A stretch of 64,000 bases of DNA from Phoronis australis (taxonomy: Eukaryota > Animalia > Phoronida), in contig NMRA01000075.1 in assembly GCA_002633005.1 (NCBI GenBank), forward strand, positions 882,028 through 946,027, in the 5' to 3' direction. Below are positions 23,001-36,531 of the stretch, piece after piece. Numbering within the stretch: position 1 is the first letter of the stretch; every line of letters starts with the position of its first letter. Both the position numbers and the translations under genes were made by a program. Below the pieces are notes generated by a model. The model did no database searches and was not told where the DNA came from. It worked only from the letters and a program-made list of their open reading frames with translations.

Positions 23001-26000
23001 GTAGATTTTTGAGCCCTTTTGGGATCCTCAGGGACCAAAAAACCCGGATTGTGCTACTTAAGCGCCCATTTCTAGCTTGTGTAGGTGATTTACTATAACA
23101 TTACGCACTAAAGCTTCTGTACACAACATTTTGAATAAAGTAATCCTATCTCTCGAACTGCATTGGAATGTGTGCCTATTGTTTTCCAACCAATTAAGAT
23201 ATCCCAATGTTGCGTCATCCTGTTCACCGATGAGAAGCCACGTAACATGAACTTTTCTCATTGCTTCCCTTTGTAGCATTGGAAAAAGTCTGTGACGCGC
23301 CAAATCGTGTAATCAGGGTCAAAATCAACGAACATGCTACGTTTGCCGGCCTAGCTAGCCCGATCACAAATTCCCACATGTCGAAAGCATCGCTCTTTAT
23401 TTTCGCAGGTGGAAAACTCATGGTATGAATGAGCCATATTTTTAACGCTAAAATTTCTGGATGAAAACTGACAAACGAAGTATGTTTTGCCGCGTCTCAA
23501 GTGACTTCATTTTTGTGTTTGCATTATAATTCACTTTGCATTTATAAAACTTTATTCGAACCAAAACGACAAATGGAAAGCTAACTTTAAACAAGACAGT
23601 GATTAGCGCGGCAGCACTGTGCAACGGTAAGAAAAGTGCCCGACTGGTACACAGCATTGTGGGATCATAAATTCCGCAGAATCGGAGAGGATTCCGGAAA
23701 GTGACTATCCCTCTTGCTGTTCCCGAGCTATTTCGTGACAGGATTTTAGATGTAATTTTTGATTGGTATTGCCAAAGCAGGACAGTCCTTGAGATTCTAA
23801 CAACAAAAGTGGGAAATTGTCACCTTTCCCCCAGACATTCATTGTACAAGTAAGAAATGAACGTCATTGATACTCTCTAAGCCATGAGAATATAGCTGAT
23901 GTGACGTATACAGAGCTTACCTGGCTGTCAAGTCCTAGTAGAATTAGCATGAGGAAGAAGAAGACAGACCATAGTGGCGTTATAGGCATTTCAGCCAGAG
24001 CTTTGGGGTAAGCAATGAAGGCTAACCCAGGGCCTGAAAGGAGGAATCACTCGTGTAACGCACTTTCTTGCCAGTGGATTTGAAGATCTCTTCTGTCATA
24101 GAAGACATGCGTGCGTGTGAGGCCCCAAAATGACATGAAGGGAAATAATGTTTCATGTGAACGAGATACAAAGTCGTGGAACACGTTATTTAAAAACAAC
24201 AAGCTACCAACTTGTTACCACGAGCTTTTATGTCATGTCACTTTGAAATCGGGTATTCTCTGTAAATATATTACTCTTGTGTCTAAGGTCTCTGACCCAA
24301 AGTTTAATAAGAGTCGATTTATTCAGACACATTTGCACGCGCACTCAACACCTCGTTTTCTCTTTTTGATAGGTAAAATTACCATTACATAAGCATAGAG
24401 CCGCTAAAAGACTTAGGTCACATCTCATGATGTAAGTCAAGCGTGTTTACTAGAGCCTCGTGTTACGCCTTGTATTGGCAGTAGAGTTGGAGTTTTCTTC
24501 TGTTATATACAATTCATATAAATATAATATTTGGAGAGACTTGTATTCGCTGAACAGGAGAAAAGCAATCGCTGAGTTGTGAAGGTGACAACTGGAGGTT
24601 TATTAAAATGTTATCGAAGAATTAGAGAGTTCAGGGCATCTACATGTACTCTGGTGTCATTCTGCGCTTCCTGCTCGTTATATTTGCACCGTCGCTTGGT
24701 GTTTGGAAGCGTTCTTGCGAATCAGAATGCAACAGAATCTATAGGTTGTACGGTACACCAGATTTCAAACGAGTGCACTTTTTGACGATCCTTTCGTCTA
24801 ACCTGACTTCGCTACGTCTGCAACACTGACACCCTGTTGATCGGCCATGTACCCCAGCGTTGAAAATATGACGAATCCAGCGAATAGACTAGTACCGCTG
24901 TTAAAGCAGGCAAATATAATGGAGTCCCTGAAAGACAAGAAATTCTAAGTTTTTGTCTTTGGAAAACGTATAATTGTCTATTTTAATGGAAAGGGACTCC
25001 TTGTTCCAAAGTCCCAATGAGAAAGTGTGTGTGGGCATGGAAAGCGGGTGATTGTGTGAAATGGGTAACGCGGTACTAGCGCAGTAGGTGATAAACACAG
25101 AAGTGTACAAAAGAAGTTATCTCTATATGCACAATGTATATTTAGAATGCGCCGTCGAGCTTAAATGGCATTATGATAACGAACAAGGCTTGATACTGTT
25201 ACATCCCTCATTCAAACTCGTTAGTACAATATTGAAACTGTCTGTCATTACCTGTACGAGTTGTGGTGGAACTTGTTGAAACTTCCAAGCGCAGTCAATG
25301 ATCCTAAACTGATGGAATAGGAGAAAAAAATCTGCGTGCCGGCATCAACCCAAACCTAGGAAACAAATTGCGAGACAATTTTGCGATCTACTCTGTTTCC
25401 ATCAAGACCATCACTTACTTGTTGTCGACGTTTATATACGATCGTTTACTCTCGAGTAATGTCCTTGAAAAGACAACTGTAAATAAGTGGAGACCTCTTC
25501 TTGAATAAAGAGAGGCCATTCGAAAAGCAAGAAGATAGTTACAATGGGCTTTCAGGTATCTACCTGGTGACAACATAGCTTCCAGTATTTGAAAAAAAGA
25601 AATTTCGAGACAGTAAGATCGGCTAAACTGCAAGCGGCAAATGTCTGCCGCAGCACCCAAAAACACTTCGAATGGCGCCTTCGTATTCGTGCCAGTGAAA
25701 TCTTGATGGACCGGTAAATGGGGATTACTCGCGCGAAAACGCGCAGAAAATATTGATAACATGTTATTTTTTTCATGTTTGTAAAAAAGCAGCATATTTC
25801 GACGGTGTGGCCGGACTTAAGACAAAACTTCAAAAAGAGGGCCGGTTCCATTAAGAGTAGGCAAGTAAGCAACTGATGGGAACAGATACCAGTGGTCTCT
25901 AGAAGACGAAAAGGCTATTTTACGACATTTGTTTCAAACGCATCACGTCTAATCGAATGTGCTGTTAAAAGGAGGGTTTAATAAGGTTAACAATTTCCAG

Positions 26001-29000
26001 CCAGGTGGCAATTAGAGCCCCCAGTTTTACATGGACAGCCCTAAAGCCTTCTCGAATTCTCCAATTTATTCCATTGTCTGGGAACTCTCCGAGATACTAT
26101 CATGGAAGCCCTTTTCACCAAGGTCCTCTTAAACAAAATTTTTACACGCTCACCCATGACCCGTTCATGAAAAAAAGAAAATTTCCATTTGATAAATTTC
26201 AGACTGCATTTCAGTCATTCGTCCAGTCTCATCGAAGTTTATTTCCAAAACGCGCGATAAATTTGCCACGTGGTCTTCTACGTTACAACATAAGATACAT
26301 TTCAAAAACTATTTATTTTTACTGCACTTCAGTGTCTTTTTGTTTTAATTGATTATCATTACAAGATGGTTCGATTAATACCGGAGTAACTAAAACTTAT
26401 TTTTGTGAGTAGAGATTCGCTGCAGCATTGTATTTTGATCATTCTGTACAATTTTTAAATTATTCTCAATTATCTGACGTGTCCTTGAAGGTCAAGTCAG
26501 GCCGCACGTCATCTATAACCATTCGCTTGCATTCTCGCATAGGCAAGCATTTAATGCTTACCTACAGGTTGTAGTCTTGACTATTTTAGCATCAAGCACA
26601 TGTACATGTACAAGCTAGTCTGACGCTTTTTGGCGGTTGTGCACCAATATGCCGGTTTTTAGATGCGTGTAAACGATACACGCAGCAAAATTTTAAATTT
26701 TCCCAGGCACCCCGAAAATAAAAACCCAGTAGTGATGCTAAGAAAAGCTTAAGTTGTAAATGAACCGAGTAGTTTCACAAGTGATCTTACAAACTCACCT
26801 TCTCAAAACAAAGTCGTGAACTTGTAAAACTGGAGATTTCCGTCAGTTCAAACATAAAAACCTTACACATGTTCATTATTCAAATAAGTGTAACATCAAA
26901 GAGACCTGTTTATCGAGTAACTTTTGGAAATCTGGATTCAGGTAAAAGATGATACCATCAGCAGCTCCTGGTAGTGTGACCCCTCGAACAAGAAGAATTG
27001 TCATGAATATGTAGGGGGAGGTTGCGGTCACATACATCACCTGAAATAATAGCAACAAAACATGATAACAAGATGATCTCGTCAAGGACTAGAAATTCTT
27101 ATTATCATAAATGAACAGCGGCATATTACATTTTTGCTGCCGCCGCATCATCGCCGCAGCTGCTACCACCACTGCGGCCGAAAACTTGGGATATCTAAAT
27201 ATGAAACTAGCGATATTTGGCTTTCCATCCTACCCACCGCTTTACGAACAACAGTGGAACAACAGTGATTTTGTCATTTTGATAGTCACGGTTATACTGA
27301 CAAACTTTAATTATGAAAGTAGGGTTCAGCTTCAGCCTACCTTGCCTGAAGATTTGATGCCCTTACATATGCACGCGTAGACCACGATCCAGGAGAAGAG
27401 CAAGGTGAGCGCCAAGTCCCACTTTATGGGACCAACGTCATCAATTCCGTCAACTTGGTCAATGCCGAGAACTTTGTTTCTAAGAAAATAAATGACAATA
27501 CTGATCGTGAGATGTGGTGGTGATGATGGTTCAGTGGTGGTGGCGGCAGTGGATGTGGTGTTTTTGGCAGTGATGGTGGTTGCTGTGATGATGATGTTGG
27601 TTATTATAGTTATGATGGCGTTGGAGATTGTTGTAATAATGATTATGGTCTGCTGGTGGTGGCGGTGGTAGTGATGGCGGCAGCGGGGGTGGTTGCAGCA
27701 CTGTGGTGTTGATGGCGGTAGCGGCAATTTTGGTGCTCATGATAGTAATGATGACTGTGGTAAGTGTGATTGTTTTTAGTGGAGGTGGTTTTGGTTCTTG
27801 TAGTGTTAATCATTGTCAGTGACAATGTGGTGAATTGTATAAACCACCAATACATTCATTTATAGGATTACCCAAGCGCGGATCCAGGATTTTGAGTTAG
27901 GGGAGCCAGGGCACGGGAATAGCCAGAATTTCGACAGATGCGCGCGCCCATCCTAAAATGTGGGGGCGCAGAGGCCTCGAAGAATGTTTGGGGTTGCGGG
28001 CCTGTTGACTAAAAAAAACGGCAAACGGGGGTTTTTCAGTTTGTTCAGGGCCTATGCGTTAATTATTCACCCCCCGACGAGCCCCTGCTTGCGCGCACCC
28101 GAACTCCCAAATGGTATCTGATAGAATTTTAGGGAGGCCATGGCCCCCTTGGCCCCTCCCCCCTAAATCCGCCAGTGTTACCGTACCAAGATTTTGTGGT
28201 AAAACAGCACGTTTAGCCATACCAACCGTTGTCGGAACATGATATGATAGTAAGTACTGAACATCCACAGTAAAGAGCGGGTTTACATGAAAAAAAACTG
28301 ATTTGGGTTCATTTTGGTCATAAATTTTAGAGTAGTTCTAAATGTTCACCCTTATTCCCACAAACTAAAGAATTGTTTACTTACCTAGTTGTGAACTTAA
28401 GTACCACAAACTTCAAGTATTTTGGCAGCTGTTTTTATCAAATGTTTATGGCTTTCCAATTCTATAAATGATACGCATGCGTGGTGAAGACATTGGGGAT
28501 GATGATGATGATGATGATAGTGGTAATACTGATGGTGATGACGATGACGGTGGTGGTGGTGATGATGGTGTTGGTGATGATGATGGTGATGATGATCATG
28601 ATGGTCGTGATGACGGTTGTGATGATGATGATGTTGATGGTGGTGATGATAATGGTGATGATGATGATGAGGGGGGTGATTAAGATGATGATGATGGTGA
28701 TTATGATGCAGGTGGTGATGATGAGGGTGGTGATGACGATGGTGGCGATGATGATGATGATGATGGTGGTGATGATGATGAAGGTGGTGATGATAATGAT
28801 GATGATGACGAGGGTGGAGATGATGGTGGTTGTGGTTATAATGATAGTGGTGATGGCAGTAGAGGTGGTGGCGCCGATTGTGGCGGCGGCCGTTTTCATT
28901 GCATTGGTGGTAATGACGGTGGTACAGGTGATGCTGCTGGTGGTGATGATGTCAGTGGAAATGTTTTGTAGTCATGGTGGTGGCGGTGGTGGTGGTGATG

Positions 29001-32000
29001 GTAATTGTTATAGTAATGTTTATTTTGGTGGTGGTTATGGAGGTGACGGTTGTGACGATGATAGTGGAGGCGGCGGTTATTATGGCTGAGTCCCTCGCTA
29101 TATTTTTGTGCACATCTGAATTCTTAACAACACGCAATAAACACATATCCAGCCAGGATCAAGTAAAACAATCGTGAGCGATAGAGTTTACAAAATTCTA
29201 CCAACGTACTCCCAGAATTCTGTGACAGCGTCTATGGGTTTCAATGGCACATGGTCTGTTCCGTTCCAGTAGGTAACATTGGTGCCATTAGCGCGGAAGT
29301 TGATGGAACATCTGGGTGTATTCCACCAATTGTCGCAAGAGTTCCATGGCACTTTGTCCGTGAATGACGAAAAGAAGTAGTAGAAAGCCCAGGCGATGAT
29401 GACGTTATAGTAACAAGCGAGGAAGAATACAATGATGGTAGTCGCAATACCAATGCCTGTAGATGCAGAACTTGTTTAAATCATATGCATCATTGTTGCC
29501 ATAGTCACGATTACCATGACAATAGCCACCGTCGTCATAATCGTCATCATCATCAGCTTATTCTAATTAAAGCTGATTCATTGGCTTAGAAAGAGTTGAC
29601 AATACGTTAGTAATTACAACCCGAATACAAAACTGGCTTGTGACGACTATCGTTACAGACACAAGCAAACCATAAACGAATACCAGTTTAATTCTATTGT
29701 CATCATGAACTGCATGTACCATTGGATTACTGGAGACTTTGAAACAAACTACTGTTTAGTAGAATGTTTCAAAACTCATCATTTCGCTCTGTGACCTACG
29801 TCTAAATTGGCAAGTGAGTATGGATCTTATTGCTACAAGCATTTACTACTGAAGCCGCTTATTTTGAACCACATGTGTACTTTGCGACAGGGCGGATAAG
29901 TGTTCACTAATTTTGGGATGAACTAACTAAAAACAGATTATAGCGCATTTTATAAAAGATAACACATTAACTAAGATTTAGTTTTAGGATCTCACCTTGG
30001 AATATGGGACAGATTCTCCAAGCTGCTATTCCGCCCTCGGACATAAAGTGACCAACGGCTACCTCAAGAAAGAACAAAGGCACTCCTCCGACGATCACAA
30101 ACAGTATATATGGAAAAAGAAATGCTCCTGAAAGAATTGTACGTATAGCTGGATATTATCGAAATAATTTGTCAGTCAACTTGAATTCGAGGAGGGTCGC
30201 TGGGGCTTAACAACTTGAGCATACATTGAAAGTTTCCATGAAGTGTCCACCTTAGTAGTACGGTAGCTTTCCAAGTACAACCTCATGTTGCCATAGGCAA
30301 CCTCCATCAACCCTAAAGTGGAACTTAACTTGTCAAACGCAAACTCAAGTTCCAGGATTTACCGGTACTTTCTATATTTTGCAACAAACTTTTAAGCTTT
30401 CCTCACATATTTAGCCACCGAAATATAACTGTTTACAGTCTCTTGTTTAGATAGGGTCACAGGTGTCAGACTGTAATCAACTAACTATATTAGACCTATG
30501 TGATGTAATCAGAATCGGCAAATCGCATACACAGCTATTACAGGCCAATCATTTGATAGCAGACCACAAACACCTCGTGCCCATCAACTCCAAAGTGCAT
30601 GTATCAAATGCACCAAGACGTCTTCAGAATATCCTTCTTCCTGGTTACAGATGACACTTCTCTGGTGTTGATCAAGTACAACCCCATTTCAAGTGCAGCA
30701 GAGTGACCTCGGGGCGTCCTTCTTTGCGGTTACAGGTCAAAGGGCCCCGTGAGGATCAAGTGTCCTAAGACGACTTTCGGCCATTCTTCAACATCATTAC
30801 AGATTACAAGCAACTTGATGCTGTCAAGTCCAAGCCCCTATCAAGAGCACTAAGACGACTTCAGACCGTCCTTCTACGTTATTACGTGTTACAATCCCTT
30901 GGTGGTGATCATGTCTGCACCGTTATCAAGTTCACTAAGACAAGTTCAGGTCCACGTTGTACGTGATTACAGATGACAAGACTCTTGTGGCGATCAGTTA
31001 GGCTACAAGCGCTTGTCGTATGCACCTAGACGATTTCAGGGCGTCCTTCTTCGTGGTTACAGGCCAAATGCTCCCGGGGAAGATCAAGTCAACGCCCTTA
31101 TCAAGTGTACCAAGACAACCTCGGACAGTTCTTCTATGTCATTACAAATCAGTAGTCTCTCCGGGCTATCAAGTCCAAACTCCTGTCAAGTGCACCAATA
31201 CTATTCCAAGATTTGATTCCACGAATACAAAGAGTGAAATTTTCTACCCACCCACAGACCAAAAGCGGTGACGTACCAAAAAACGAATCACTGAATTGCT
31301 TGTTGTAATCTTATTAGTTTGCCAGAAGTAACTTTTTGGAAACTACAAGGAAGTTAAAAGGACAAACACCAGGCCAACAGTTGGATACTGTATAAGTTAA
31401 ACATATACGATCCATTTCGCGAAGGACGTTTCACGCACACGAGATGGTATTTGTAAAGTTCATCTCGTTTACAAGTGTTTAAACGCCTTCATGTCCCATT
31501 TTTGTGAACGCTTCTTAACAGAAATGTGCAAACACTTATGAATGTCACCTCAACAGGAATATGTAGGCACTAACGAGTGTTTCCCGAACAGGCCCAAGGT
31601 CCTTTAGATCACTTGTCTCTCGCCCACGGTCCTTCACATCACCTGCCTATCGTTCATGGTCTCTTATCACCTGTCTCTCCCCCATGGTCCTTAACATCCC
31701 CTGCCTCTAGCCCACGATCCCCTAAATCACCTGTCTTCTGACCACGATCCCTCGCATCACCTGTTTCTCGCAAACAGTACTTTATATTACCTTTCTCGCC
31801 ATCAAGATCCTTGATATCACTTGTCTCTCGCCCACGGTCCTTCGCATCACCTCTCTCTTGTCCACGGTCCTTTATATAACCTGCCTCTCGCCCACGGTTC
31901 TTTACAACACCCTTCCTACGCCCACGGCTCTTTACATCATTTGTCTCTTGCCCACGGTCAGTGACATCACTTGTCTCTCGCCTACTCTATTTTACACTCC

Positions 32001-34763
32001 CTGTCTTTTGCCCACAATCTCTTTACATCCCGTTTCACTTGCCCACAGTCCTCTAAATCACTTGCCCCTTGCTCATGGTCTATTACATATTCTGTTTCAC
32101 ACCCACGATCATTTACATTCCATGTCTCTCGCTCACGGTCTTTCACGTCACCTGTCTCTCTCGCAGGGTCCTTTGCATCACCTCTCTTTCGTCGTTGCTC
32201 ATTCCGTGGTCTGTCTCTCATCCACGATCATTGACGTCACCTGTCTCTCGCCTACACTGTTTCGAGTTGCAGCAGTTTCACATAGTTTTGCTGTTAGTAT
32301 TGTGGTCTTTCTCCTAAAATCTGCGCGCCATCATTTCTCGTTTATCCATTATCTTGTCTAACACGCGAAAAGCGTTGTCACGCTGAATAAGAATAGATGA
32401 GCAAATTAAGGATTTGAATTCCTGGTTAGTATAAATTAAACTAAACTCTGTTCAAAATTGCCGACTACTAGTGAGCCCCCAAGACGGTGTACGTCTTAGT
32501 AAGTTCACCATTCACAGAGTGTATTCTGACAACTCGCGTGGTGAAAATGTGACATTAATTTTGAACACCTAACAGCTTTTGGGTTAAAGCGGCAAAGAGA
32601 CCGCGATCCTTTAAAGATACTAAGTTTCAGTTGAGACCAAGTACCGCTTCAAAATTTGTATCAACTAAATCTTTATTCAGATGAGGAGTGGTTTTGGTTT
32701 TGTGAATACTTGTTACTTTGTTGTTTCTCGAGCTCATATTCATTGACACGCCGTGGTAAGTAGGGCCAAACTCGTAGAGCCGTCTTGTCCCAAACAATGC
32801 TGCTCTAACGGTTCTCTTCCACTCTAGATTTAACAACTGTGTTGACTGAGGAATAATTTGAGACCAATTTCAAAACGGTGAGAGAGTTAAATCAATTTAT
32901 GCGACAGGATAGTTTATTGCGCTTTAACTTACAGAATTTTTAAAATTTCTTCAAGTAAAGACAATTGCTAAAATGGTGCTTAACCTTAATGCCGTATATT
33001 TGTAACACGTTTCACAAAATTCAAAGTAAGAGCTTCAATTATTCATCATTCAACCACTACTGAAAAGTTGTTCTTTGTAGTGATACCGTATTTTGTAGAA
33101 ATATTTTTATCGTGATGACATTTATAAAATTAAATGAATGGGCTTACAAAATTTTTGATGTATGGATAACATTAATAAGATGTAACAATGCATTTTGGCT
33201 GAAAAGTTAGCTGAGAGGGAAATTTTAAATTGTGAAACCGTCGTTCATCACCGGCAGCAAGGTGCGTACGAAGCCGTTGGAAGTATGACCTTGAAAACTG
33301 ATACGTGGAACATTTTAACTCTCTTTCAGCCTAATACCGCAAAGTAGTTATCTTTTATTTTATTTGATTTTATTGGGGTTCTTCTAGCGCACTTTGATGG
33401 TACTGAAAAATTTAATTGCCATTGACCTTTATTACAGACAGACACAGTTATGCGTGCTGATGACAGAACGGAATTATATGAGAAAGTCGTTTGTATGAAT
33501 TTGGTTGTGTTTTCGGATGTCAGCTAGCTGGGCTCCGCAATTGAAAATGCCCGTAAGTTAGTAAGATAATATCTTACATTATAACACTCAGTTGAAACAA
33601 ACTATCCAAATTTGGTTAACTTTGGAACATCTTATCTCGGAAATGGCTAGTCGAATACACATTAAACTTTCTATACTATGATTTTTGCACTGTCCTCTCA
33701 CACTCTGTTAGAAATCGCTTTTATAATGCTTCATTTTTCATGAGGGTATATAAAAAGTGTAGTTTCAAAATTTTCATAAAAAACTGAACTTGCATAAAAC
33801 GAAAACGAAGTGATATTTTAGAAACCATGACATGGGAATAGCTTTTACAGAACTTGCTACACCAAGACAAGGCTAAGCGAGGTGTTTTATCCCGCGCGTG
33901 GTCTCTTGGGACATCAAGCGAATTCTGGCCACAGTAAGGTACCTCTCACCCAAGTAACAAGTCAAGTCTATTCATAGAGACACCTCCCAGTTCACTGGGC
34001 GTGAAAATCTGTGTTAGAAAATAGTGCGCCTGTAATTATTTCCATTAGATTGGGTCTATTGCATTGGAAACACAAAGGTTATGGTAATGGCGCTGTCTGC
34101 ATGTGGTACAGCTGTGTGGCATGTAATTTTCAAACGCAACTGGTAAGTCATTACTGTAACAGCGTTTTTGAGATTATTTATACATTTGTATCGATAAATT
34201 TTGACTGTGTAATTGATTTGGTTGTTCAGCTGTCAATGTATGTACGTTTCTTTGCTAAACTTTTCTAAACTATAGGGTCATTTGACCGAATTGTTAACAT
34301 TTTGTTAAAAAGTCACAAATCAAATTCTACATGTTTCTTTTATTTTCATAACATATAAACTTTTTCGAGCTAGAATTTATAGTTTTTAGAAATTTGACTA
34401 AATATACCGTCTCCCATAACCTTAAATGACTCGGTAAGCTCTTGATTATGTGTTCATCGGATATGTTTACACGTATGAAAACTGAAAGCAACCACTACCC
34501 GCATACCCGTTAGAACATTGTAAGCTTGACGTCATGGTTGAGTATGTAATGAAGTACTCACCTCCTCCGTTCTTGTAACACAAGTAAGGAAATCGCCACA
34601 CATTTCCTAACCCCACTGAGAATCCAATGCAGGCAAGTACAAAATCTATAGGACGCGTCCACGACTCCCTCCCTTTTCGATCAATTTCGTTGCTTCCCGC
34701 TTTCTCCAAATCTAACTCAACTTCGACTTGTTTTGGTTCGCCTTCTTCGTCTTTTTGCAACAT
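20083..34763 (-). CDS. SLC6 Na+/Cl- dependent transporter, GABA/taurine/creatine group, tandem copy A (3' end lost at assembly N 20082)
   Basis: Exons 34763-34562, 30127-29996, 29456-29210, 27479-27341, 27040-26906, 25355-25252, 24927-24803, 24033-23921, 22261-22127, 20829-20629, 20246-20083, all phase-consistent. Motifs [56 protein letters not shown]. Confidence 0.92.
27510..27830. repeat. Degenerate (GGT/GAT)n microsatellite, SLC6 copy A intron 3
   Basis: Directly visible trinucleotide run. Confidence 0.9.
27873..28177 (+). mobile_element. Short G-tract MITE with 5-bp TSD (TTACC)
   Basis: caagcgcggatccaggattttgagttagggg...cctaaatccgccagtg, with TTACC at 27868-27872 and 28178-28182. Relatives at 37582, 44340 and 60164. 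Confidence 0.8.
28490..29085. repeat. (GAT/GGT)n microsatellite, SLC6 copy A intron 3
   Basis: Directly visible; it produces the spurious poly-M/V and poly-I/T ORFs. Confidence 0.95.
30600..31200. repeat. Degenerate tandem repeat, ~85-bp unit, ~7 copies
   Basis: tcaagtgcac.aagacgac..cag...tccttct....ttacag recurs at about 30604, 30688, 30841, 30926, 31101 and 31186. Confidence 0.8.
31590..32260. repeat. Minisatellite, ~30-bp unit (cccacggtccttcacatcacctgtctctcg), ~22 copies
   Basis: Directly visible periodicity in intron 1 of copy A. Confidence 0.92.
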
Positions 34764-36531
34764 TTTACCCACAATTCAAAGATCAGCCACGCTCAAAAGA
34801 TATAAGCTTTACTAAAGCTCTTCACGTGCCTGTAGAAACTTTGGGCATAAACGAATAACAGTGACGCACACCTCGACAGTGTGCTGACAAATCTTACGGC
34901 AAATATTTGACTTGATTTAATAACAGGCAATTCACTTTACCTGCTGCTCTAGACTCCATAAACGTATGGAACAGATTAGACTGTAACCTATCTGTCTGTC
35001 GTGAAAGTTGACCTGTTTTTCCGGAAGTCAGGTAGGCCTACAAAAAGAAAGGGTTGAAAACTATACCCGAGCGCGCCTTTACGACACGCCCCAAAAACTC
35101 TTACTAACAACAAAAACTCTTACCACCTACAAAAACTTTACAAGACGGAAATGAGACACGTGTGATGACTGAAGTGACGATCCATGCTTTTGGTCGATTG
35201 TTATTGTCATTTTAAAATAGTTTGAAGTCCTATTATGGAAATGTTGTTGAAGACATTGATGTTTGTGAGCAGTACAAACACATGCAGAGTGTGTGACGTT
35301 GTATTGGTCATTTACGTTCTTATCAAAAGTTTAATGTGTACTTATGTTGTCATTGAGGCCCAGTGGTCTGCTTTGTCCGGTGGACCATAATGCCGGCCCT
35401 ACCTATGATGATTTTTTTCCCGTAAGTCATTATTACACTCCAACGCACAGTAGTGGAAATTTGCATGCATTGTGATAGCAGGAAAGTTACTTTAATACCT
35501 TCCCTGCTATCATAAACAGCATTTTAAAAATCATTTGGTTCTCGATTCTTGTTCCACGACATATTTTACGGTCATGAAATTGGCTGTAATGTATGTTTAC
35601 ATTTTTAGTTTATTTTTTTCAAAATAACACTAAAGTCACAAACGAAAATGTAACATCAGCCTTTGTTAACATGGAAACTAGAACCGGGTTGTCGAAAACC
35701 GATCACGTGATCGACAGTAGGTGGAGTTAAATCAAAGATGCTTAAATGTAAGTCAACCGGTCACCTTCGAGTGAGTCACGGACAACGTCGTGCTTATCAC
35801 GGAATCAATTGGGAGAAACTACGTAGAAATGTTGAACGAGAGTTGTGCGACAAAGTGACAGAATTTAAGTAGAAGTTGCAACAAATCACTTGCAGGTGGT
35901 CTGCCGTTTCGGGACCAAGTTTGAGTTCTACAGGAGCAGATATCTAGTCTTGCATGCTGCTGGCTTATACGCGAGCTTCCTTTTGCATTCTGGCATACTT
36001 TCCTAAACAATCTGACATTTACGCGGCACACACAATAATAAAAATATTCAGAACTTTGAAAGGAGTCTATAAACGCTGAGCCAAGTTGAACACTAGATGG
36101 TGTGTGGGTTGACAAACACTAGGATTTTGCATTGTGGGAAAACGTTGGCGGGAGAGTTGTTTAACAGGTTGCACGTAAGCAAAACGTGCGTGTTGGTGAC
36201 AGCATTTCCAAAAGCGGCATTTTTCACAAGAAAACAACAATCACTTGTATGAAATTCCATTTATTTGAAATCCTCACAAACATGTAGTTTGCTGAACGGG
36301 CAATCCATATATTTAACAGTACCATTTTTGTGAAATAGAGTAACACATAAATTTAATCGATATTTCTTCAAAAAATGCTATGACATGCGTAACAAGAGAA
36401 ATGCCTGTTCATACTATATGATCGAATCAAAACTTCAAAACTCTACAAGTGTTCAACCACGTGAACTCCAGAATAAGTTGGAAGCAACTACGAGTGTTTC
36501 AACGACCGCTGCTGTACGGCCAGTCAATGAT

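Noticed and set aside
28462-29089. Long poly-Met/Val, poly-Ile/Thr and Asp/Gly ORFs (also 51693-52347, 27531-27855)
   Set aside because: They are translations of intronic trinucleotide microsatellites.
31858-32361. 167-aa repetitive ORF
   Set aside because: It is a by-product of the 30-bp minisatellite, with no splice or domain support.
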